Of a stretch of DNA of 64,000 bases, positions 20,401 through 28,874 are shown one piece after another (position 1 is the first letter of the stretch; every line of letters begins with the position of its first letter). Position numbers and translations under genes: made by a program. Origin of the DNA: an uncultured delta proteobacterium (lineage in GTDB: Bacteria > Desulfobacterota > Binatia > HRBIN30 > BPIQ01); contig CAVXGR010000015.1 in assembly GCA_963761335.1 (NCBI GenBank), positions 288,001 through 352,000 of the forward strand. The letters run 5' to 3'. The notes below the pieces were generated by a model that was given only the letters and a program-made list of their open reading frames with translations, ran no database searches and was not told where the DNA came from.

Positions 20401-20793
20401 GGCGCCATGAAGCGTCAGGTCGCCGACAACGTGCGCCAGTTTCTCGATCGCGACATGCGGCATCTCTGGCCGGACATGTATCAGACGGGCGTCTTCGACT
20501 GGGAGGCTCTGGTGAACACCGCGCCGGGGAGCCACCCGCTCGACGACCAATTTTTCATCGCCAACATCGATCCGAGCGAGCGCTACGTGATGTCCGTTCC
20601 CGGTTCGGTCGAGGCGCGCCTGCGTGCCGATCGCTCCGGTTTCTCCAATTTGTACCTCGCCGGGGATTGGACGCTCAACGGCATCAGCGCCGGCTGCGTC
20701 GAGGCCGCGACCATGTCCGGGCTGCGCGCCGCCCGCGCCATCGGCGGATGGCCCGAGCGCATCCCGGGCGAAGAGCATCTGGACGACGGTTGA
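17476..20793 (+). CDS. Fusion: acetoacetate decarboxylase-like domain + FAD/NAD(P)-binding COG3349/desaturase-like oxidoreductase (paralog 2)
   Basis: GGAGG then GTG at 17476; ECELAVWIPV, GREIFGFAK; ILGGGVGA, LGGKGASGR, IEEHGIHVWFGFYEN, ANIDPSERYV, LAGDWT; colinear with paralog 1. Confidence 0.82.
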   Translation: MSVQSHLQYVNRERVSGSLQPFQISNAHMWGLIFPADLERLQACVDRVLNRDPSGRVSYAAYLPMLMFGFSSIEYVTAVNPPYSEFGGAHECELAVWIPVRQRGSLSPMLFGPYLFVDNPLAVIQGREIFGFAKEMAELGGDHWPEHFPILGYVGRPTDPPGRRLVPVLTVERQGEGRVPRERRDWGSFSHAASDLRAELAAVSRLPALSHAAGLLRDTWFPNAPVVLCKEFSGCGDRGNTPCYLGVVEAGFRVTSIHEGYILKDPYLLRLPKVERHPIAADLGLRDGTPALLAYEMKFDFRLEPGKEVWCTALGRDRQPPSLLEQVGDLVTAVPERIVELGVDTVQSVASTWMETGLFPAPPPAPLPEPQPGGTTGKREKIAILGGGVGALTAAFGLTEAPGWRDRYEITVYQLGWRLGGKGASGRDHGRGDRIEEHGIHVWFGFYENAFRVIRRCFQALPGFDESAYENPIFWGFEPFDLVTLMRSEVDGSWKPAVLRVPSALGWPGAEENPPAPSTPLEYLVELLNWLVARLMNSELPPEVVEAGYRFADVEQEFARLLERLRTVRPEKPVPGIDLPFHFLSALDGAAALAGAAIGRTIERLDAEAISHVLDHTAGWLKGFYGAAAAGLSEGRLLWAAVDLSAALVRGMIETDAIIKGFESLNDRDFAEFLRQYGADQATIESPWVRAIYSQGFAFVGGDVTKGRAAAGMAIRGIGRMLLTYRRSFMFKMKGGMGDIIFAPLYEVLKARGVRFKFFHRVRKLHLSADKQTIERISVGRQATPPKNYPYLTKVKDLYCWPNQPRYDLLKERRKIEKLRATGAYVNFESAWSAWGPDHEKETELRAGEHFDRVILGIPVGSLGEICSELVEANRDWENMLRKLKTVRTQSFQLWLKKRVDEMGWPASAMASRKGEPVGPILTAFVEPLDTWGDMTHTLETENWPPEMGVKQIAYFCGVMPDTEEPAWYSDPSFPGAMKRQVADNVRQFLDRDMRHLWPDMYQTGVFDWEALVNTAPGSHPLDDQFFIANIDPSERYVMSVPGSVEARLRADRSGFSNLYLAGDWTLNGISAGCVEAATMSGLRAARAIGGWPERIPGEEHLDDG

Positions 20794-20806
20794 TCGGTGC
20801 GCAGGT

Positions 20807-21391
20807 GGGGACAGTGCATCATGAGCCTTGCGGCTCGCCAGCAGACGATGAAGACGAGGCCGGGGATCTGCGCCGGCAAGAGACTTGGAGGTCCTCGCCT
20901 GGGCGAAGTTCGCCCCGGAGGGGCGGTGGCGTGTATCCCCGGGTGAAACCCGGGGAAAAAGGCGCGCTCCGTCATAGGCGCCCCGCCAGGGGGCGCGGGC
21001 AAACTTCCGTTGATGCCGCGCCTCTACGCCGATGATCACCGCTGGGTGCGTGGGTAGCTCATCGAGGTGATTCACGCGGCCTCTACGCCTGCGCCCCTGC
21101 GGGGCGCTGATCTGGGCCAATCGGGACGCGGTCCCCGGGTTAACACCCGGGGCTACATGCCCGCGCCCCTCCGGGGCGACAATCTCCACGCCAACACGCC
21201 GGGGCGACAATCTCCACGCCAACACGCCGGGGCGACAATCTCCACGCCAACACGCCGGGGCGACAATCCTCCACACCAAGCGCCGGGGCCCCGCCAGACC
21301 TTCACCCAACAGATTTTCGCAGTAGCAGGCTACTTTTGCGGATGAGATCCCAACGTCGGTGAAACGTCGGCGGCAAAAGTAGCCTGTCCCC
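20807..21391. repeat. Composite non-coding repeat, copy 1 (bounded by GGGGACAG/CTGTCCCC; contains a CCCGGG-type palindrome pair and a 28-bp tandem repeat)
   Basis: Aligns by eye with 61413-61851 over the first ~170 bp (allowing for the insert in copy 2) and at the 3' end. Confidence 0.85.
21173..21285. repeat. 28-bp tandem repeat GGGGCGACAATCTCCACGCCAACACGCC, 3 perfect copies + 1 degenerate
   Basis: Units at 21173, 21201, 21229 and a degenerate unit at 21257; no spacers. Confidence 0.92.
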
Positions 21392-24300
21392 GCCCGTGGC
21401 GGATCGGGGGCTGCATGGCCCGCTTCACCTCGCCCAGCTCGAAGGCCAGCTCCACGGAGTGAAGGATCTCGGCGGCGCGGCGCAGATTGCGGTCGCGCTC
21501 CGGATCGGCCGGCTGGGCGTGGCGGCCGATCTCGTAGAACGCCAGGGCTTTCTCCCGAGGTAGACGGAGCTCCGTGGCCTCGTTTGCCGCCTTGATCCAG
21601 GTGGCGCGGGCCCGCCGCGTCCGTCCCTGCAGCTGCAACCCGACACCGCTCCACAGCCGATAGGCGGGTCGGGCGACGGGATAGAGCCGCGCCAGCTTCC
21701 CGAGATTGGCGATTGCCTGCTTCGCCAGTGGCGCGATGAGTGCCTCCCGCACGCGACCCTGTTCCCACAGGCGCAGACACGCCTCGGCCGTCCAGCTGGC
21801 CCCGGTGAGGACGTAGAACGTCAGCGCCGGCGATTCGCGCACGAGCCGGAGCTGGTCGTGGATCGCCGCCAGGGCCTCGTCGGCCTGGCCGAGGCGGCAA
21901 TGGATGATGGCGCGCAGCCCGTAGGAGATCAGCTGCGCGCCGCGATCGGCCATGTGGGAGAAGTTGTGGGCCAGCCAGGACGCCAGTCGATCGCACTCCG
22001 CCAGCGCCTCCTCCAGCTTCGCCGCGGCGATCAGGCTGCCGGCGAAGCCGACGCTGACGTACGCCTGCGCCTGCACGTCGCCGCGCTCGCGCGCCGATAT
22101 TCCCGCGATTCGGTAGCGCTCGAGCGCCTCGGCGTGGCGTCCCCGCAGGTACGCGCCGACGCCCTGCGACAGACAGCTGAGATCGCGCCAGCGCGCTTCG
22201 CCGATCTCGGAGAACGTCGCCAGTGCTTCATCGAAGGCGGCGTCGGCTTCGCTCCAGCGGCCGGTGCCGGTGTACACCAGGCCGCGCGTGTAGCAGATGC
22301 GGCCGTAGCCGTAGCGATCGCCGGCGCCGCGCGCCGCCTCCTCTCCCTGGCGAAAGTAGTGCTCGCTGAATCGCGGACCCAGGAGAACCCCGGCCGAGAG
22401 GCCGACCATGGAGCTGCTGGTGGCCAGCTCCACGGATGGGCCGGCGCGCTCGGCCAGGTTGACGGCGCGCAAGTTGGCCAGCGTGGCGGGTATCCCATCG
22501 AGAGTGATGTACCACATCAATCCGAGCAGCTCGTAGAGGTGTGCGGCTTCCAGGCAACGCTGCCGCTCGTCGCCCGCAGTGGATGTCGCCGCGGAATGCA
22601 GCCGGTGGCCGATCTGCCGCGCCAGCTCGGCGGCGATGCCCGCCGAGCGCCGCAGCTTGCCTCGCGGGAAGGGCTGGCCGAGCATCTCCAATCCGGAGAG
22701 CGCGTGGGCGATGGCCGCGGGGATGATGCCGAGGCGGTTCTTGGCGTCGGCCAGATGTCTGAGCCAGCGCGCCCGCCTGCGGCCGTCGGGATCGACCGCG
22801 GAGTTGAGACGCCTCTGCAATCGCAGAGCATCTTCCAGGAAGCGAACCGCCTCGGAGTTCGCATACGAGGCCATCGATTGCTCTCCGGCGCGCTCGAGCG
22901 CGTCCACCGCGCGCGCCCCGAGCTCGGTGTCCGGGGCCTGAAAGTCGACGGCGCGGCTCCAGTGGTGCGCCAGCACTGCGTGGACCGGCGCGAGATCCCC
23001 GGCGTGCGACTCCTCGTACCATCGCGCCGCCGCCTGGTGCAGCGAACGGCGCTGCGCATAGGGCAACAGCTCGTAGGCGACGTCCCGCGTGATCGCGTGC
23101 TTGAAGCGATAGGTATCTCCCTCGGCAGGCGAATGATGCACCAGGTCCAGATCTTCGAGCGCCACCAGATCGGTGCGCAGGCGAAGGCGGTCCTCCGAGA
23201 TGGGGTAGGTCCGTTCGAGCGCATCCAGAGAGAAGATCTGGCCGAAGATGCTGGCGACCTTCAACGCCAACTGCTGGCGCGCCCCGAGCAGGTCGATGCG
23301 GCCGGTGACGGTCGCCTCGATGCTGTCCGGGAGTCGCAGCTGTCGCGGGTCTCCGGCTGCCGGAGCGAGTCGGCACTCGTCGCCGTCGACGTGGAGGGTG
23401 CCGGCGTCGCGGAGCGCATGGGTCAGCTCTTCGGTGAAGAACGGCTGTCCGCCGGCGCGCCCGAAAATGATCTCGGTCACCGGCTCCGACACGCGCTGCG
23501 CCCCGAGGCGGTCGGCGATCAGGCCGGCGCTGTCCTCGCGGTCGAGGGGCCGGAGATCGATCTGCTCGAAATCGGGAGCCGCTCGCAGGCGCCGGTACGC
23601 GGGAGGTTGAGGATCCTCCATCGGCCGCGCCGCGGCGACCACCAGCAGGGGCCGAATGCGTGCCGCCATCAGCTCGGCCACCGCCCAGGAAGCCGAGTCC
23701 AGCCAGTGCGCGTCTTCGAGAACCACCACCAGCGGTCGCTCGTGCGCGGCGTACTGGAGGAGGCTGACAATGAGCTCGTGCGTGACATCGGCGCGCGCTT
23801 CCCCGGTGATTCGCTCGCTCGCCTCGGTCTCTGAGAAATCGAGTCCAAGGATCGGGTTGAGCAGCGGCGCGAGCTCGGCGATCGGGGCTCCAGCAAGGTG
23901 TTTGTCGGCGCGAGCCAACGCCGCGCGGGCGCGCGAGCGGCGCGCCGATTCCGTGGAGGAGGTGGGGTCGAGGTCGAGCAGCTGCATGAGGATCGGCCGC
24001 CAGGCGTGGTACGCCGTGTGGATCTCGACCGCCTCGCCGGCACCCACGAGCGCCGTCGCCCCCGCCGTGTCCGCCAGGCGCTGCAGCTCCTCGACCAGGC
24101 GCGATTTTCCCATGCCTGCCTCGGCCGAGATGAGCAGGAACTGACTGAGGCGCCCCTCGACCACGTCGGCGACGGCCTGGCGCAGCTGCTCCTGCTCCGC
24201 CCTGCGGCCGAGCAGCGCCCCTCTCGATCGCCGCCGCGAGACCGTCGCTGCCGTCGAGGCGCGCGGGCGAAAGGCGGCCACCGGGCTCGAGAGGCCCCGC

Positions 24301-25532
24301 AGGCGGAGCTCGGGAAGATCGTCGAAGCGAACCCGGTCGCCGCAGGCTTGGCGCGTCGGGCCGTCGCAGAGGATTCCCGCCGACCGCTGCATCAGGCGCG
24401 CCGCGGTGTGCACCACCTCCCCCGTGCTGGTGTACTCGCGGCGCTGCGCGTTTCCCACCTCGCCGAGGAAGGCGCGGCCGCTGGCGATGCCGATGTCGAC
24501 GGCGATGCCCACCTCGGCGAGCGCCCCCTGGATCTCGAGAGCGGCGCGCACGGCTCTCGAGGCATCGTCCCCGTGCGAGCGCGGCATGCCGAACCCTGCC
24601 TTGACCACCGGCCCGGTGGCGCTCATGCCGAGGCGCAACACCGTTCCCTCGAAGCGGTGCAGCACCTGTTGGACCCGCGCGACCGTGTCCTGAACCTCCT
24701 CGGCGGAGGCGGAGCGCCAGTCGGGAAGCTGGATGAAGAGCGCGGTCACCCGCCGCAGCTCGGCGAGCCAGCCGCTGTACCCGGCGTCGATCCGCGAGAG
24801 CGCCGCCGGATGGACGTAGGGGCGCAGAAGCGAAGCCTCGAGCTCGACCGAGGGTGCGCTGCGCGGCGCCGAGTCGGCGACCGCGAGTGGCTGCACCGAG
24901 AGGAGGCGGGCCGCGGCGGTGCCCAGCTCCACGCCCTGGCTCCGGTCGGCGATGAGGTTCCACACCTCGGCGCTGACCACCACCTCTCCCGGCCCGGCCT
25001 GACGCTCGGCGGCGCAGGCCTCGGCGATTGGAGTGCCGACCGCGAGGAACTCGCAGTGCTCCGCGGCCCACGACACGCAGATGCCGGTGACCTCCCCGAC
25101 GCCGATGCCGATGCGCATCGAGAGGTCGCCGTGCGGCGAGGCGCTGCCGGCATCGTTGCGCCGGCACAGAGCCGCCTGCGCCGCCAGACCACAGCGCGCC
25201 GCTTGGGCGGTGGCGGTCACCCCGCCTTTGCCATCGCCGGCGGGCCAGACGGCAAAGAGACCGTCGCCGGTGAACTTCACCACGTCGCCTCCCTGGGCGA
25301 TCACCAGGTCGATCAGCGGGCTGAAGAAATCGCCAAATACCCGGCTCAGCTCCTCGGCCCCATCCGGGCCGCGCTCGCTCAGGCGCTCAGCGAGCGCGGT
25401 AGATCCGCTGATGTCGGCACTCAGCACCGCCACTGGCCGGCGCTCGGCCCACGGCGGCTCGCCTCCGCCGCCGGAAAGGCGTCGTTGCACCCAAGCAGGT
25501 ACGTAGCTCGCCAGCGCTTCCGCGTCGCCCAT
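21330..25532 (-). CDS. Soluble adenylyl cyclase-like protein: two class III cyclase domains + STAND/AAA NTPase + TPR-like region
   Basis: VLSADISGST and KFTGDG (domain 1); ELRRVTALF, GIASG, REYTSTGEVVHTAARLM (domain 2); AEAGMGKSRL, VVLEDAHWLD, GGQPFF, YRFKHAITRDVAY. Confidence 0.88.
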   Translation of the reverse strand: MGDAEALASYVPAWVQRRLSGGGGEPPWAERRPVAVLSADISGSTALAERLSERGPDGAEELSRVFGDFFSPLIDLVIAQGGDVVKFTGDGLFAVWPAGDGKGGVTATAQAARCGLAAQAALCRRNDAGSASPHGDLSMRIGIGVGEVTGICVSWAAEHCEFLAVGTPIAEACAAERQAGPGEVVVSAEVWNLIADRSQGVELGTAAARLLSVQPLAVADSAPRSAPSVELEASLLRPYVHPAALSRIDAGYSGWLAELRRVTALFIQLPDWRSASAEEVQDTVARVQQVLHRFEGTVLRLGMSATGPVVKAGFGMPRSHGDDASRAVRAALEIQGALAEVGIAVDIGIASGRAFLGEVGNAQRREYTSTGEVVHTAARLMQRSAGILCDGPTRQACGDRVRFDDLPELRLRGLSSPVAAFRPRASTAATVSRRRSRGALLGRRAEQEQLRQAVADVVEGRLSQFLLISAEAGMGKSRLVEELQRLADTAGATALVGAGEAVEIHTAYHAWRPILMQLLDLDPTSSTESARRSRARAALARADKHLAGAPIAELAPLLNPILGLDFSETEASERITGEARADVTHELIVSLLQYAAHERPLVVVLEDAHWLDSASWAVAELMAARIRPLLVVAAARPMEDPQPPAYRRLRAAPDFEQIDLRPLDREDSAGLIADRLGAQRVSEPVTEIIFGRAGGQPFFTEELTHALRDAGTLHVDGDECRLAPAAGDPRQLRLPDSIEATVTGRIDLLGARQQLALKVASIFGQIFSLDALERTYPISEDRLRLRTDLVALEDLDLVHHSPAEGDTYRFKHAITRDVAYELLPYAQRRSLHQAAARWYEESHAGDLAPVHAVLAHHWSRAVDFQAPDTELGARAVDALERAGEQSMASYANSEAVRFLEDALRLQRRLNSAVDPDGRRRARWLRHLADAKNRLGIIPAAIAHALSGLEMLGQPFPRGKLRRSAGIAAELARQIGHRLHSAATSTAGDERQRCLEAAHLYELLGLMWYITLDGIPATLANLRAVNLAERAGPSVELATSSSMVGLSAGVLLGPRFSEHYFRQGEEAARGAGDRYGYGRICYTRGLVYTGTGRWSEADAAFDEALATFSEIGEARWRDLSCLSQGVGAYLRGRHAEALERYRIAGISARERGDVQAQAYVSVGFAGSLIAAAKLEEALAECDRLASWLAHNFSHMADRGAQLISYGLRAIIHCRLGQADEALAAIHDQLRLVRESPALTFYVLTGASWTAEACLRLWEQGRVREALIAPLAKQAIANLGKLARLYPVARPAYRLWSGVGLQLQGRTRRARATWIKAANEATELRLPREKALAFYEIGRHAQPADPERDRNLRRAAEILHSVELAFELGEVKRAMQPPIRHGRGQATFAADVSPTLGSHPQK

Positions 25533-25690
25533 ATCGATACGTGGCTAGCACAGGCGACCGCCGCTGAACCAGAGGAGCGATCTCCTTCTGTGCAGCTGGT
25601 GAGCTGGGAGATCAGAGGCGGTTGGCGCACTGACCACCCTGGCGTGGGTGTGTTGCCGCCGAACGGATTCCATCAATGGCCGAGTGTGCT

Positions 25691-25706
25691 CGGCACGAAC
25701 ACTGCT
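25691..25706 (+). promoter_or_regulatory. Putative sigma54 (-24/-12) promoter
   Basis: CGGCAC-GAACA-CTGCT has the exact GG-N10-GC spacing; intergenic, ~65 bp upstream of ORF 25771. Confidence 0.6.
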
Positions 25707-25770
25707 ATTGGCAGGCGCCCGGAGGGCCAACGAGCGCTGGTGAACAGACTCGAACGAAGGGAATCGCGAA

Positions 25771-26013
25771 ATGCCGGGGGATACCGACTTGATCCACATG
25801 GCGGTCTTCAAGCTGCAGGAGACTGCCGGGCGTGTGCTGGAATTGGCCACCGCGGCGCACTCCGAGGAGACCGAGAAGCTTTTGCTCCGCTTTCATCGGG
25901 AGCTGCGCGACTTGACCAAAGCCGCGATGTCGCTCGACGGCCGCAGCGAACAGATGCCGGTCGATCCGGCCGGGATCGGCGGCGCCAAGCCTCGCCCGGG
26001 CAACGCCCGCTGA
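25771..26013 (+). CDS. Small hypothetical helical protein (80 aa)
   Basis: Fills the intergenic gap, purine-rich RBS-like GAAGGG, downstream of the sigma54 motif. Confidence 0.5.
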   Translation: MPGDTDLIHMAVFKLQETAGRVLELATAAHSEETEKLLLRFHRELRDLTKAAMSLDGRSEQMPVDPAGIGGAKPRPGNAR

Positions 26014-26119
26014 GCAGCATCTGGAGGGGCCCGGCGCGGTCCCGAGGACGGATCTGGATTTGCCGCTGGGCCCTCGTGTGCACAGCGGCGCCGGATCTCA
26101 TGAGGAGGTGGACTGCCTG

Positions 26120-27103
26120 ATGAAGGGTAGACAGAACGAGGCGCCCAGACTGGGTCGCAGCGACATCGTCCGCTATTACGAGGAGTGCGAACAGGACTAT
26201 CGCATCGCCTGGGATCTCAACTCCAGCCTCGCCATGCACGTCGGCTACTGGGACTGGGGCACCTGGAGCCTTCGCGCTGCCCTGCGGCGGCAGAACGAGG
26301 TCATGGTCGAGTTCGGCGGTATCCGTCCCGGCGACACGGTGCTCGATGCCGGCTGCGGTGTGGGCGGCAGCTCGATCTATCTCGCCAAGACTCTCGATTG
26401 CGAGGTCACCGGTATCACCCTGAGCCGCCGCCAGGTCGAGCGGGCCCGCGCCAACGCGCGCGCCCACCGGGTGGCGCGGCGCGCGCGCTTCGCGCGGATG
26501 GACTACTGCAACACCTCGTTTCCCGCGGAGTCGTTCGACGTCGTCTGGGCACTGGAGAGCATGTGTTACGCCCCCGACAAGGCGGCCTTTGCACGCGAGG
26601 CCTTCCGTGTGCTCAAGCCGGGTGGCCGCCTGGTGGTCGCCGACGGCTTCAACACGCGCACGCGCTACACGCCCGAGGAGAGGGAGCTGCTCGACCGATG
26701 GCTGCGCGCCTGGGCCGTCGACCATCTGGTGACCTGCGCGGACATGCGCCGCGGGCTGCGCGCCGCCGGCTTCGGGCGGGTGCGCTTCGTCGATGTCATG
26801 GACGCGGTCATCCCCTCGGCGCGCTTGATGTATCTGCGTTCGCTGCTGGCGCTGCCGGTAGCCCATTCGATGCGCTGGCTGGGGCTGCGCAGCGAATGGC
26901 AGCAGCGCAACATTGCCGGCGGCTGTCACCAGTATCACGTCTGGAGGCGCAATCTGGCGCGATACGCGATGTTCTGCGCGGTGAAGTCGAAGCGCGCCCC
27001 GCGGTCGATGTCGCTGCCGGGTTCTCTGCGCCTTGCGCGCCGCCGCCCCGGCCTCCCGGCTGCTGGCGCGGCGCTCGCCGAGGCTCCGCCGCTGCTGCAA
27101 TGA
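26120..27103 (+). CDS. Class I SAM-dependent methyltransferase, gamma-tocopherol/sterol methyltransferase-like
   Basis: GAGGAGG upstream; IVRYYE, MHVGYW, VLDAGCGVGGSS, GITLSRRQV, FDVVWALES, RVLKPGG. Confidence 0.85.
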   Translation: MKGRQNEAPRLGRSDIVRYYEECEQDYRIAWDLNSSLAMHVGYWDWGTWSLRAALRRQNEVMVEFGGIRPGDTVLDAGCGVGGSSIYLAKTLDCEVTGITLSRRQVERARANARAHRVARRARFARMDYCNTSFPAESFDVVWALESMCYAPDKAAFAREAFRVLKPGGRLVVADGFNTRTRYTPEERELLDRWLRAWAVDHLVTCADMRRGLRAAGFGRVRFVDVMDAVIPSARLMYLRSLLALPVAHSMRWLGLRSEWQQRNIAGGCHQYHVWRRNLARYAMFCAVKSKRAPRSMSLPGSLRLARRRPGLPAAGAALAEAPPLLQ

Positions 27104-27124
27104 GGCGGCTCTTTCGGCGCGGCG

Positions 27125-28711
27125 TCAACTCTCGTCGGAGTGGGGGCGGAGACCGTACTTCTTCAGCTTCTCGCGCAGGGCGCCGCGGGTGATGCCGATC
27201 GCCCGGGCCGTGGCGGAAACGTTCCCCTCGTTCTGCCGGAGGGCCGCGGCGAAATAGCGCCCCTCGAACTCCTCCCGTGCGGCTCGCAGAGGCAGGAGGG
27301 GAGTGGCGCCATTGCCGTCCGCGCCCGCGAAGACGGCGGTCGCCGCCGCCGTTTGCCCCGCGGCGGCCGGCGCCGCGGTCAGGCGCGGCAACTGCTCGGG
27401 CGAGATCAACTCGCCCTCGGGGGTGAGCAGGGCGGCGCGCTCCACGACGTTCTGCAGCTCGCGGATGTTGCCGGGCCACGAATACTGTTCGAGCACGTCC
27501 ATGGCGGCGCTGCTGAACCCGGGCACGGATTTGGACAGACGGGCGCAGTTCTCCTTCAGGAAGTGGCGCGCCATTAGGGGTATGTCCTCACGTCGCTGGC
27601 GCAGCGGGGGAAGTGCGATCGGATAAACGTGGATTCGATAGTAGAGATCGGCGCGGAATGTGCCGTCGGTCACGGCCCGCTCGAGGTTGGCATTGGTTGC
27701 GGAGATCACCCGTACGTCGACCTTCCTCGGGGTGCGCTCTCCAACCGGAATGATCTCGCCATTCTGGAGCACCCGCAGCAGCTTTGTCTGCATGGCCGGG
27801 CTCATCTCGCCGACTTCATCGAGGAAGATCGTGCCGCCGCTGGCAACCTCGAAATACCCCTTGCGGTCCTCGAGGGCGCCGGTGAAGGCGCCGCGGCGAT
27901 GGCCGAATAGCTCGGTCTCCAGCAGCTGCTCGGAAAAGGCGGCGCAGTTGACGGCGATGAAGGGCTCGTCGCGACGCGGTCCGTTGAAGTGGATGGCACG
28001 CGCGATCAGCTCTTTGCCGGTCCCGGTCTCACCCTGCAGCAGGACGGTCACCGGCGCCGAGATGGCACTTTCCAGGAGCGCGAAGACGCGCTCCATCTCG
28101 GCGCTGGAGCCGATGATGTCGGCAAAGCGGCCGCGGCGCGCCACCTCGCGGCGCAGGATCGCCACCTGGTCGCGCAGAGACTCCGTCTTGGCCTGCATCG
28201 CCTCGAAGCGGCGCGCGTTGTCGATCGCCGTGGTGATGCTCGGCGCCAGCGCCTGGAGGAGGGTCAGGTCCTCGGCGCTGAAGACGTCGGGGCGCGCGCT
28301 GCGGACCTGGATCACACCGAACACCTTGCCGTGGAGAATCAGGGGCGCGCTCAGCAGGGAGCGGGTCTGCATCCCCGTCTCCCGGTCCACCGCCCCGTAC
28401 CAGCGCGGATCACTGGCGGCGTCGGCGACGCGATCGGCGGTGCCGTGGTGCACGACCCACCCGGCGATTCCCTGGTCGAGCGGCACGCGCATGTCGGCGA
28501 GCGTGGCGTCGACGTCGGGACTGGCCTCGGCGGTATAGGGGAAATAGAGATCGCCTCGCGTCTCGTCGAGGAGAAGGACGGCGCCGCCGTCGCCGTCCAC
28601 CAGCTCCTTCGACTTGCGGATTACCAGCTGCACGACCTCGTTGAGGCTGTTGAGCTCGCTCCATGAGGAGCTGGCGTCCAGAACGACCTCGAGCGGCAGG
28701 TTTTTCGGCAT
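27125..28711 (-). CDS. GAF-domain sigma54-dependent activator (NifA/FhlA-like), Fis-type HTH
   Basis: GAF region (GIAGWV, SLLSAPL), GETGTGKE, GAFTGA, FLDEVGE, WPGNIRELQN, C-terminal HTH. Confidence 0.93.
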   Translation of the reverse strand: MPKNLPLEVVLDASSSWSELNSLNEVVQLVIRKSKELVDGDGGAVLLLDETRGDLYFPYTAEASPDVDATLADMRVPLDQGIAGWVVHHGTADRVADAASDPRWYGAVDRETGMQTRSLLSAPLILHGKVFGVIQVRSARPDVFSAEDLTLLQALAPSITTAIDNARRFEAMQAKTESLRDQVAILRREVARRGRFADIIGSSAEMERVFALLESAISAPVTVLLQGETGTGKELIARAIHFNGPRRDEPFIAVNCAAFSEQLLETELFGHRRGAFTGALEDRKGYFEVASGGTIFLDEVGEMSPAMQTKLLRVLQNGEIIPVGERTPRKVDVRVISATNANLERAVTDGTFRADLYYRIHVYPIALPPLRQRREDIPLMARHFLKENCARLSKSVPGFSSAAMDVLEQYSWPGNIRELQNVVERAALLTPEGELISPEQLPRLTAAPAAAGQTAAATAVFAGADGNGATPLLPLRAAREEFEGRYFAAALRQNEGNVSATARAIGITRGALREKLKKYGLRPHSDES

Positions 28712-28874
28712 GGCGGGATCGCGGCGGCGGTGTACGAGAAGTGCCTCTGCATATGAGGACTTCCACTCCGGACTGTCAAGTCGAAGGGTCGTCGCCGACC
28801 TTCGCCGCCTCTCGACCCGTCCCACGTCTCGGAATCGCGCTTGTAACTTCGCCGGCCGGCCACGGCGGATCCCC

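Noticed and set aside
21173..21285. 28-bp repeats as a CRISPR array
   Set aside because: Units are directly adjacent with no spacers, and no cas genes are present.
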